A DNA stretch of 32,000 nt from Massilicoli timonensis (GTDB lineage: Bacteria > Bacillota_I > Bacilli_A > Erysipelotrichales > Erysipelotrichaceae): assembly GCF_900199515.1 (NCBI RefSeq), contig NZ_LT963434.1, positions 1,862,180-1,894,179 on the forward strand, read 5' to 3'. The translations under genes and the position numbers were made by a program. Below the pieces are notes generated by a model. The model searched no databases, was not told where the DNA came from, and saw only the letters and a list, made by a program, of their open reading frames with translations. Each line of letters opens with the position of its first letter. Within the stretch, counting starts at the first letter, position 1. This document shows positions 14,642-23,755 of the stretch, one piece after another.

Positions 14642-15406
14642 TTATTTCAGATTAGAGAAGGTGCATTGTTTCACGATCGTACGATTTCTATCGGTAAGCT
14701 GATTATCTAATGTGAAAAAAGGTGATACGCTTGTTTGTTTATAAAAAACAAGATAGCCTTCTTTATTCACTTCATAGATGCAGTCGGTCGTTTGTTGGAA
14801 TTCCGGTTTTCCGTCATCATATTTTTTATTCTCTACCGCATGAATGATATAACGCGTACCGTTTTCGCTTTCCTCTTCCTGAAGCGAATATTCTAATAAA
14901 CCTTCTCCCTGCTCAGACATTCCCCAAAAAAGATAAGGGGTATTCAAAAAAATGTTCATGTTTCCCGGTGAATACTCATATCCGCCGTTATATTCCGCCG
15001 GCAAGATCGCATTTTCTCCGGCCTTTTGGGTGATTGGTCCTTCCGTGATCAGATCGCCTCTTTTTGTGGAAGGATCGACATTGTCATTTACCAGCATTTC
15101 ATTATAGTAGTAGCCTTCCAGAACACCGTTTTCAGCGTCGCTTACCGTTCCCTCAAAAGTGGTCTTAGAGTATTTGTAAAATTCATTGGCAGGCGTAGCT
15201 TCCCAAGAATAGGAGACGTCATAGCTCTTCACCGTTCTTGTTTTTTGCCAGGCATCATAAATGACATCTTCCGGTTCTTTTGCCTCCTCCTGCATTGCTT
15301 CCTCTAAAAGATCACTTCCCTGCGCATCGCTTTTTTTAGGCGCTTTGGAAGTACAGCCAAACAGCAGAAATACAGCACAGAAAATAATCCAAAACTTTTT
15401 CATCAT
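14642..15406 (-). CDS. Lipoprotein of unknown function
   Basis: 254 aa from ATGATG 15406, with AGGAGG 5 nt upstream. The signal peptide has the lipobox 'FLLFGC'. The mature part has no motif I recognise. Confidence 0.65.
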   Translation of the reverse strand: MMKKFWIIFCAVFLLFGCTSKAPKKSDAQGSDLLEEAMQEEAKEPEDVIYDAWQKTRTVKSYDVSYSWEATPANEFYKYSKTTFEGTVSDAENGVLEGYYYNEMLVNDNVDPSTKRGDLITEGPITQKAGENAILPAEYNGGYEYSPGNMNIFLNTPYLFWGMSEQGEGLLEYSLQEEESENGTRYIIHAVENKKYDDGKPEFQQTTDCIYEVNKEGYLVFYKQTSVSPFFTLDNQLTDRNRTIVKQCTFSNLK

Positions 15407-15531
15407 CCTATCCTCCTTTGATGATCCTACTTCTATTATAGATAGTCGTGTCCTATATTTCAATAAATGAAATTTAATGAGAAAAAAAAGGCAGATGATA
15501 GTATAATAAAGACAGAAGCGGAGGGATGACC

Positions 15532-16974
15532 ATGATAAAAGATCTAGGATTAAAAAAAGCGATCCTGCGGCAGCTGCACGCCCAAGAGGATCATGAACCG
15601 ACTGAAGAAGAACTGGCTTCCATTACCAAACTGAATGCCGGAAAATATGATATTGCGGAGTTAGACGGCTTAGAGGCCTGCGTCAATTTACGGGAGCTGA
15701 ATCTGACCGGCAATGCGATCGTTTCACTGAAGCCGCTGGAACAGTTAAAGCAGCTTGAAATCTTAAATGTTTCCAAAAATCAGATTCGTGATGTCTGGGC
15801 GCTGAACGGACTTTACAATCTGAAAAGATTAGACCTGTCCCGCAATAATCTGTATTTGTTGGATTTGTCCGGTATTGCTCGTTTGGATAACTTAGAGGAA
15901 TTGAATCTGCATCGAACAAAGGTAGATTCCATCAATGCGATCGAGGGGATGAAAAAGCTGCGGGTGCTTCATTTGGGTGTGATCTGCAATACGCTCAAGC
16001 TCACTTCTTTATCTACTTTACCGAATTTAGAGGAGCTGGATCTTTCCAGTATGTGGCTTTATGAGATCAGCGATCTTTATTATTTAGACCGGTTGCAGGT
16101 ACTGGATCTCTCTACTAATTTATTTCATGATTTATCTCCGCTCATGAATATGAAGCATTTGCGCAAACTGAATTTGTCTAATAACAAATATCTGAAAGAT
16201 TATACGCTGTTAGAGAAGATGAAAGAATTAAAGCATTTGGATATTTCTTATAATGAGCCGGCTGATTTTGCTTTTTTAACGCAGCTGGACGGCTTGACGC
16301 ACCTTTCGCTTTGCCAGACCCGTTTCAGTGATCTGACGCTGTTAAAGAATATGAAAGATCTTGAATATCTGGATGTCTCGAATAACCGCATCATTCATGA
16401 AAAGAGCCTCTCTAAGCATGAGCATCTGAAAAGCTTTATCGCCAGAGGCTGCCAGCTGAAAAACATCGACTTTTTACATCACTGCACCAAAATGAAGGAA
16501 CTGAATGTGTTTAACAATCAGATCAGCGATATTACGGTCGTCAAGAATTTCAAAGAGCTGGAGATCTTAAATGTATCGAATAACCGCATACGCAATATTG
16601 ACTGCATCAAAGAATTGGTCGAACTGCGTAAGATCTTGTTTGCGCATAACGCCATTAAAGATATTCATGCGGTATCGCAGTTAACCAAGCTGGTGGAAAT
16701 TGATTTCTATAACAATATCGTAGGCGATCTGATGCCGATGGCAAAGCTGCCGCATGTAAAACGGCTGCGTTTGGATCACAACGGTATCATTGATTTGGAG
16801 CCGCTGCGCAATATGAAAGAATTGACTTCTTTGACCTTAAAAGCCAACTATATCATCGACGTATCGCCGCTGATCGATCTGAAGAATTTATATGAGCTGC
16901 GATTAGACGATAACCCGATCGACGATGTATCTATGTTGGAGGATCTGGAATATTACGATAAGTTTTCGGTATAA
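15532..16974 (+). CDS. Leucine-rich-repeat protein (about 20 internalin/SDS22-type 22-aa repeats), no signal peptide
   Basis: 'LxxLxxLxLsxNxIxDlxxL' units run through almost the entire protein. GGAGGG at 15520-15525 favours ATG 15532 over 15526. There is no hydrophobic N-terminus, LPXTG motif or anchor. Confidence 0.75.
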   Translation: MIKDLGLKKAILRQLHAQEDHEPTEEELASITKLNAGKYDIAELDGLEACVNLRELNLTGNAIVSLKPLEQLKQLEILNVSKNQIRDVWALNGLYNLKRLDLSRNNLYLLDLSGIARLDNLEELNLHRTKVDSINAIEGMKKLRVLHLGVICNTLKLTSLSTLPNLEELDLSSMWLYEISDLYYLDRLQVLDLSTNLFHDLSPLMNMKHLRKLNLSNNKYLKDYTLLEKMKELKHLDISYNEPADFAFLTQLDGLTHLSLCQTRFSDLTLLKNMKDLEYLDVSNNRIIHEKSLSKHEHLKSFIARGCQLKNIDFLHHCTKMKELNVFNNQISDITVVKNFKELEILNVSNNRIRNIDCIKELVELRKILFAHNAIKDIHAVSQLTKLVEIDFYNNIVGDLMPMAKLPHVKRLRLDHNGIIDLEPLRNMKELTSLTLKANYIIDVSPLIDLKNLYELRLDDNPIDDVSMLEDLEYYDKFSV

Positions 16975-17003
16975 AAAAGACGCACAAAAATGTGCGCTTT
17001 TTT
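16974..17003. terminator. Bidirectional rho-independent terminator between the LRR gene and EIIA-Glc
   Basis: 'aaaaaagaCGCACAaaaaTGTGCGcttttttg': a GC-rich stem flanked by an A-run and a T-run. Confidence 0.7.
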
Positions 17004-17017
17004 GACGGAAAATAGAA

Positions 17018-17488
17018 TTATTTTAGCGAAAACAGAAGATCGCCTGTGTGGATCGCACCTTCCCGCATATTACCTAAAGACTTACTGCCGGCATTGGTCG
17101 CAATTACAATGGTCGTCAGATCAAGATCTTTTTGATGCAAGTAGGTTTCAGAAAAAGTGATGATCGGTTCCTGTGCTTTGATCGTTTCTCCTTGCTGATG
17201 CAGTTGTTGGAATCCGCTTCCCTTTAACATGACCGTATCAATACCGATGTGAACAAGCAGCTCGGTGCCGTCTTTGGCACGAATACCGAAAGCATGCAAG
17301 GTATCTGCTACTAAGATCAATTCGCCCTCGATCGGCGCACAGACGGTGTTATTAGACGGCTTGATCGCCAAACCATCACCCATCAGCTTTTGTGCGAATG
17401 TCGGATCGTTTACCTGCTCCAATGCAATGACAGTTCCGCTTATAGGCGCCTGTACACAAATACTTTCTTTCTTAAATAAATGAAACAT
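17018..17488 (-). CDS. crr: PTS glucose-family EIIA component (stand-alone, Crr-like)
   Basis: 156 aa. 'FAQKLMGDGLAI', 'HAFGI' and 'LVHIGIDTV' are the two-His active-site region of EIIA-Glc. GGAGGGA RBS. Confidence 0.85.
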   Translation of the reverse strand: MFHLFKKESICVQAPISGTVIALEQVNDPTFAQKLMGDGLAIKPSNNTVCAPIEGELILVADTLHAFGIRAKDGTELLVHIGIDTVMLKGSGFQQLHQQGETIKAQEPIITFSETYLHQKDLDLTTIVIATNAGSKSLGNMREGAIHTGDLLFSLK

Positions 17489-17500
17489 CGTTATCCCTCC

Positions 17501-17556
17501 AAATAAAAAGGCATAAGTCCACTCGATGAACTCATGCCTGATTCAACAGTAACATG
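17501..17556 (-). promoter_or_regulatory. RAT-like antiterminator target overlapping an intrinsic terminator in the crr leader (RAT3)
   Basis: Minus strand: 'CATGTTACTGTTGAATCAGGCATGAGTtcatcgagtgGACTTATGCCTTTTTATTT'. The terminator stem AGGCATGAGT/ACTTATGCCT is followed by a U-run, and its 5' arm lies inside the RAT-like sequence. From memory it resembles the B. subtilis ptsG (GlcT) RAT '...GTTACTG..TCAGGCATGAG'. Confidence 0.6.
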
Positions 17557-17572
17557 CCTGATTGTTATATAC

Positions 17573-17601
17573 ATGATAATGAGTTCTGTCTGATTTGTCA
17601 A
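17573..17601 (-). promoter_or_regulatory. Sigma-A-type promoter for crr
   Basis: Minus strand: TTGACA (17601-17596), 17-nt spacer, TATCAT (17578-17573). The predicted transcription start is just upstream of RAT3. Confidence 0.55.
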
Positions 17602-17704
17602 TATGAAGTTATCAATATTTGCATCTCTTCATTTCCTTTTTTTGATGTTGGTTTGTTCAGATTTGCCTTTCCAAAAATCACCGCGTTTTTTCGATAATTG
17701 ACTA

Positions 17705-17732
17705 TTGACAAAAGAGTAAAATATTCTATAAT
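17705..17732 (+). promoter_or_regulatory. Sigma-A-type promoter for the antiterminator-EIICB-malY-SIS operon
   Basis: TTGACA (17705-17710), 16-nt spacer, TATAAT (17727-17732). Confidence 0.65.
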
Positions 17733-17745
17733 GAAAGCAGATACA
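17732..17745 (+). promoter_or_regulatory. Possible cre (CcpA) site at the transcription start
   Basis: 'aTGAAAGCAGATACA' against WTGNAANCGNWNNCW. There is one mismatch, but it hits the central CG. Confidence 0.25.
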
Positions 17746-17807
17746 GGATTGTTACTGAAAAGGCAAGACCATATAACTGTTATTATAACAGCGATGGTCT
17801 TTTTTTA
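17746..17807 (+). promoter_or_regulatory. RAT + terminator module in the leader of the antiterminator gene (RAT1)
   Basis: 'GGATTGTTACTGAAAAGGCAAGACC' resembles SacY/LicT RATs (sacB-type 'GGTTTGTTACTGATAAAGCAGGCAAGACC', from memory). It overlaps the terminator AGACCAT...ATGGTCT (17766-17772/17794-17800), which is followed by TTTTTTT. Confidence 0.75.
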
Positions 17808-17825
17808 TCAGAAAGGAGAGCATGT

Positions 17826-18659
17826 ATGAAAATTGAAAAAGTTTTTAATAACAATACGGTGGCCACCCTCTCCAAAGATAAAGTCGAAATGATCGTAACC
17901 GGTCCGGGTATCGGATTTCAAAAAAAGATCGGTGATGAACTGGACGAACGCAAGGTAGAAAAGCGCTATTTGATCGAAGATTCGCAAAAAGGACGATTTT
18001 ACCAGATGCTGGAAAAAGTGCCGGTCGAGTATTTTGAAATATCAGAAATTATCTTCAAAAGGGCTTGGAAAGAGTTTAAGGGAGGTCTGAGTTCGCAAAT
18101 GGTATTGATGCTTACAGATCACATTGCTTTTGCTTTACAGCGTCAAAAAGATCATATCCAAGTACCGAATTTACTTTTATCGGAGATCCGTACGCTTTAC
18201 CATAAGGAATATCAGATCGGGGTATGGGCGTTAAAGTACATCGCTTTGCGTACCGGTGTTTCTTTGCCCTATGATGAAGCTGGATTTATTGCCATGCACA
18301 TCATCAATGCCAAAAGTGCTGATGGTGGGAAAACTGCGACGGATATCATGAATTTCAGTAAACAGATCATCGATCTGATTGAAAAAACGATGAAACTGGA
18401 TGTGCATGAAGATAATTTAGACTACAGTCGTTTGATGACGCACTTAAAGTATTTAGGACAGCGTATCTTTTCTAAAAAGAAAGAAGAGCTGAAAATGGAG
18501 GACAATCCCCAGATGTATGAGATGATGCTGGGAATGAATCCTAATTTATCTGTTTGTCTGGAACGCATCGAAGCATTTGTGAAACGTAATTATGATTATT
18601 GTCTAGACAAACAGGAATTATTTTACATCATGATTCATATTGTCAGAATCAAAAAATAG
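17826..18659 (+). CDS. BglG/LicT/SacY-family PRD transcription antiterminator
   Basis: 277 aa. The N-terminal CAT domain reads 'MKIEKVFNNNTVATL...IVTGPGIGFQKK'. Two PRDs are marked by 'LTDHIAFAL' and 'FIAMHIINA'. GGAGAG RBS. Confidence 0.9.
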   Translation: MKIEKVFNNNTVATLSKDKVEMIVTGPGIGFQKKIGDELDERKVEKRYLIEDSQKGRFYQMLEKVPVEYFEISEIIFKRAWKEFKGGLSSQMVLMLTDHIAFALQRQKDHIQVPNLLLSEIRTLYHKEYQIGVWALKYIALRTGVSLPYDEAGFIAMHIINAKSADGGKTATDIMNFSKQIIDLIEKTMKLDVHEDNLDYSRLMTHLKYLGQRIFSKKKEELKMEDNPQMYEMMLGMNPNLSVCLERIEAFVKRNYDYCLDKQELFYIMIHIVRIKK

Positions 18660-18719
18660 TAATTGTGACTGAAAAGGCAAGACTATTCTCATGGTAATAC
18701 ATGGGCATAGTCTTTTTTT
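18659..18719 (+). promoter_or_regulatory. RAT + terminator module between the antiterminator and EIICB genes (RAT2)
   Basis: 'GTAATTGTGACTGAAAAGGCAAGACT' overlaps the terminator AGACTAT...ATAGTCT (18680-18686/18707-18713), followed by TTTTTTT. Near-identical in design to RAT1. Confidence 0.75.
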
Positions 18720-18736
18720 AGAAAAGGAGAAAACTT

Positions 18737-20299
18737 ATGGCAAAAAAGAAAAAAGGCAATACTTGGCAGTTTTTTCAAATGCTAGGGAAAACATTTATGT
18801 TCCCGATTGCACTGCTCAGTATCTGCGGTATGCTTTTGGGAATCGGTTCCGCATTTACCAATGAGAGCATGATCGAAGCGATTCCGTTTTTAGGGAATAC
18901 GTATGTAAATCTGTTTTTTCAATTCATGGTGCAATTGGGGTTATTTGCTTTCAATAACTTAGGGGCATTGTTTGCAATGGCGATCCCGTTAGGACTGTTA
19001 AAGGAAGAAAAAGAATTTGGGGCTTTTACCGGGCTTGTCAGTTTTATGGCGATGCATATCGGTACTAACTTTTATTTGAGCGCTACGGATCAATTAGCGG
19101 CCGCAGATCAAATGAGCGAGGCCGGGCAAACGATGATCTTAGGGATCCAAACGTATAACACAAGTGTGCTGGGCGGGATCGTAGCCGGTTTGATGGCTTA
19201 TGCGCTGTATCGGAAACTGGCGACCTTAAAAATTCCGGAAGCATTAGGATTTTACAGTGGACCAAGACTGGCGCCGATCGCAATGTTGTTTATCATGGGC
19301 GTATTCGGTCTGGTCGTCGTACCGCTGTTTTGGCAGCCGTTCTATGCGTTCTTTAAGATGTTGGGAGAATGGATCACGACTTCAGGGCCGATCGGCTATT
19401 TCTCTTATGCGGTGGCAGAGCGTGTTACCATTCCGTTTGGTCTCAATCACCTTGTGACAAGCACTTTCCGTTTTACTCCGATCGGCGGTACCGCGATCAT
19501 CAACGGACAGGAGTATATGGGAACAGTAAATATGTTCTTGGCTTATGTTGCCAATAACATGGATATCCCACTTGATCTTGCAGGTAAGATGGAGCAGGGG
19601 AAACTGATGATCCAGTATGGATTATGCGGCGCTGCTTTGGCGATGTATCACTGCGCAAAACCGCAGAATAAGAAAAAAATCAAAGGCATGTTGATCACCG
19701 GCGCATTGACCGTAGTGGTTGGAGGCATTTCCGAACCGATCGAGTTTTTGTTCTTATTTGCCTTCCCGCCTTTATTTGTCGTACATACGATCCTAAACGG
19801 TTTGGCGAATATGGTGCTGCCATATTTGGGCGTGCTGATGGGTTATACCGGTGATTTGATCCAGTTCGTTACTTTCGGGGTATTGCGTGGCACGCGCACC
19901 GGATGGCCGATTGCGGTCGCATTTGCGGCAGGTTACTTTGTGCTGTATTATTTTATCTTCAAATGGGCGATCATACGTTTTGACATCAAGACACCGGGAC
20001 GTGAAGAAGAGCTGGAACTGGATGAAAGTGAAGCGAGTGAATTTGAGCAGCTTTCTGCTTATAAGGGGATCGCAATGTTAAAGGCGCTTGGCGGAAAAGA
20101 AAATATCATTGCCATTGATAACTGCGTAACCAGACTGCGCTTGGAATTAAAGGATGTTTCGCTGATCAATGAAGAGGAGATCAAAAATGCCGGTGGTATC
20201 GCGGTTGTGCATTTAGATGAACATGCCATTCAGGTAATTGTCGGTACGCAGGTATATGCGCTGCGCAAACAGATCAATAAAGCAATGGAGCTGTCATGA
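18737..20299 (+). CDS. PTS glucose/maltose/alpha-glucoside-family EIICB component (MalX/PtsG-like, no EIIA domain)
   Basis: 520 aa. A polytopic EIIC is followed by a C-terminal EIIB with 'IDNCVTRLRLELKD' (phospho-Cys motif). GGAGAA RBS. Confidence 0.85.
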   Translation: MAKKKKGNTWQFFQMLGKTFMFPIALLSICGMLLGIGSAFTNESMIEAIPFLGNTYVNLFFQFMVQLGLFAFNNLGALFAMAIPLGLLKEEKEFGAFTGLVSFMAMHIGTNFYLSATDQLAAADQMSEAGQTMILGIQTYNTSVLGGIVAGLMAYALYRKLATLKIPEALGFYSGPRLAPIAMLFIMGVFGLVVVPLFWQPFYAFFKMLGEWITTSGPIGYFSYAVAERVTIPFGLNHLVTSTFRFTPIGGTAIINGQEYMGTVNMFLAYVANNMDIPLDLAGKMEQGKLMIQYGLCGAALAMYHCAKPQNKKKIKGMLITGALTVVVGGISEPIEFLFLFAFPPLFVVHTILNGLANMVLPYLGVLMGYTGDLIQFVTFGVLRGTRTGWPIAVAFAAGYFVLYYFIFKWAIIRFDIKTPGREEELELDESEASEFEQLSAYKGIAMLKALGGKENIIAIDNCVTRLRLELKDVSLINEEEIKNAGGIAVVHLDEHAIQVIVGTQVYALRKQINKAMELS

Positions 20300-21459
20300 T
20301 GAGCCGTTTTGATGAATGGATCGATAGAAGGCAAACTTATTGTACGCAATGGGATTATGTAAAAGATCGTTTTCATGTGGATGGACTATTGCCCTTCACC
20401 ATTTCCGATATGGATCTTGCCTGTCCCGATGAAGTGCAGGAAGCGCTGCACAAACGGATCGCACATCCGATCTATGGTTATAGCAGATGGAAAAACGATG
20501 ACTATTTACAGGCAATTTGCGGTTGGTATAAACGTCGCTTTGACTGTGAAATCGATCCAGAGTGGATCTGTTACAGTCCCAGCGTAATGTATGCGGTTGC
20601 CAAGATGATCTGCTTTTTATCCGCAAAAGGAGAAGGCGTTGTAATCTTTACACCTGCATATGATGCTTTCTATCATGTGATCGAGCATAATGAGCGAACC
20701 TTGATTGCATGTGCGTTTCAGCAGGATCAAATGGACTATGAGATCGATTTTGAAAAATTGGAGGAATGTCTGAAACAGGCAAAGATCCTCTTGCTTTGTA
20801 ATCCACATAATCCAATCGGCAAAGTATTCAGCGAAGCGGAGCTGAAGAAGATCATCACGCTTTGTGAACGCTATGATGTCGCCATCATTTCCGATGATAT
20901 TCATATGGATATCACATATGGGAACAAACTGACGCCGATCCTGTCACTGCCTTGTAAAGTACCTTGTGTCATTTGTTCATCACCTTCTAAGACCTTTAAT
21001 ATTCCTTCGCTGGGCGGTTCTTATATTCTGATTCCCGATCAGCGGCTGTGGAAACGATTTGAAACGATGACGCGTTATACAGAATTTGTGAACTCACCGG
21101 CTATCTTAGGCGTGATCGCAACGGTTGCGGCTTATCAATGTGATGATTGGGTAGAGGAACTGAACGGCTATTTGTTGGAAAATCTTCGCTATGTAGATGC
21201 TTATTTGAAAAAGCATATGCCCTTATTGACGATGACTTTGCCGATGGGCTGCTATTTTGCATGGATCCATACCGATCGTTTAGGTGTGAGTGATGAACGG
21301 TTACAGGAAGCGCTGGTACAAGAAGGAAAAGTTGCGGTGATGTCAGGACAGGTATATGGGGCTGTGCATCGTCTGCGGCTCAATGTAGGGTGTCCAAGAA
21401 GAAAAATAGAGGAAGGATTAAAACGTATGCAAATTGCATATGACAAATTGGTGAAATAA
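20296..21459 (+). CDS. malY: PatB/MalY-family PLP-dependent C-S lyase (second copy)
   Basis: 387 aa. 'TQWDY...LPFTISDMDL', 'CNPHNPIG', and PLP-lysine motif 'SSPSKTFNIPSLG'. The start overlaps the EIICB stop (ATGATGA), the same synteny as E. coli malX-malY. Confidence 0.85.
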   Translation: MMSRFDEWIDRRQTYCTQWDYVKDRFHVDGLLPFTISDMDLACPDEVQEALHKRIAHPIYGYSRWKNDDYLQAICGWYKRRFDCEIDPEWICYSPSVMYAVAKMICFLSAKGEGVVIFTPAYDAFYHVIEHNERTLIACAFQQDQMDYEIDFEKLEECLKQAKILLLCNPHNPIGKVFSEAELKKIITLCERYDVAIISDDIHMDITYGNKLTPILSLPCKVPCVICSSPSKTFNIPSLGGSYILIPDQRLWKRFETMTRYTEFVNSPAILGVIATVAAYQCDDWVEELNGYLLENLRYVDAYLKKHMPLLTMTLPMGCYFAWIHTDRLGVSDERLQEALVQEGKVAVMSGQVYGAVHRLRLNVGCPRRKIEEGLKRMQIAYDKLVK

Positions 21460-22064
21460 TGAAAGAGATCATACTGCAAACGATTGAACGGGAGATACAG
21501 GCACTGCGGCTTTTGGAACAGTGCTGTATGGAAGAATTGGAACAAGTTTGTGCGGCGATTGTCGAAACCAAGGGAAAAGTCGTATTTATGGGGATCGGGA
21601 AATCCGGTCATATCGGGAAAAAACTGGCTGCGACTTTTTCCAGCTTAGGCATACGAAGCATTTTCGTGCATGCGGCAGAAGCCGTGCATGGTGATCTGGG
21701 GATGATCGATGAAGATGACTTTGTGATACTGATGTCAAACAGTGGTACAACAACAGAAGTATTGCAGAATCTTGAACCATTGACAGCACGACATATCGTT
21801 TGCGCATCATTTACCGGAAACCGGGATTCTGCACTGGCTCAGGCATGTGACTATCACATTCACTATCCAAAGCCGACAGAAGCGGATGAATGGAATCTGG
21901 CACCGACATCGTCTACCACGATGATGCTGGTGCTTGGTGATGCGCTCGCATGCGCTTTGTCTTCTGCAAAACAGTTTCAAAAACAAGATTTCTTCCGATA
22001 TCATCCGGGTGGAAGTTTGGGGAAACAATTAAAACAGGAACAAAATAAGCACTGTGTGAATTGA
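21459..22064 (+). CDS. KpsF/GutQ-type SIS-domain sugar-phosphate isomerase lacking the CBS pair
   Basis: 201 aa. 'FMGIGKSGHIGKKLAATFSSLGIRSIFVHAAEAVHGDLGM', 'LAPTSSTTMMLVLGDALA' and 'HPGGSLGKQL' closely follow the arabinose-5-P isomerase SIS domain. The protein ends where the CBS domains would begin. TAATG overlap with malY. Confidence 0.8.
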   Translation: MKEIILQTIEREIQALRLLEQCCMEELEQVCAAIVETKGKVVFMGIGKSGHIGKKLAATFSSLGIRSIFVHAAEAVHGDLGMIDEDDFVILMSNSGTTTEVLQNLEPLTARHIVCASFTGNRDSALAQACDYHIHYPKPTEADEWNLAPTSSTTMMLVLGDALACALSSAKQFQKQDFFRYHPGGSLGKQLKQEQNKHCVN

Positions 22065-22084
22065 TCATACAGTGCTTATTTTTA
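22045..22084. terminator. Bidirectional rho-independent terminator (end of SIS gene / end of pyrG)
   Basis: ATAAGCACTGT (22045-22055) pairs with ACAGTGCTTAT (22069-22079), followed by TTTTT. An A-rich run lies on the other side. Confidence 0.75.
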
Positions 22085-22113
22085 GAAAACGGCTGTGCCT
22101 GAAATGCCAAAGA

Positions 22114-23745
<1,632 letters not shown>

Positions 23746-23755
23746 TTATGTATGA

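Noticed and set aside
15600-16950. Regular ~66-bp periodicity that could be mistaken for a repeat array or CRISPR-like structure.
   Set aside because: It is the coding periodicity of 22-aa leucine-rich repeats within one long ORF. The repeats are diverged at the DNA level and have no spacer/repeat organisation.
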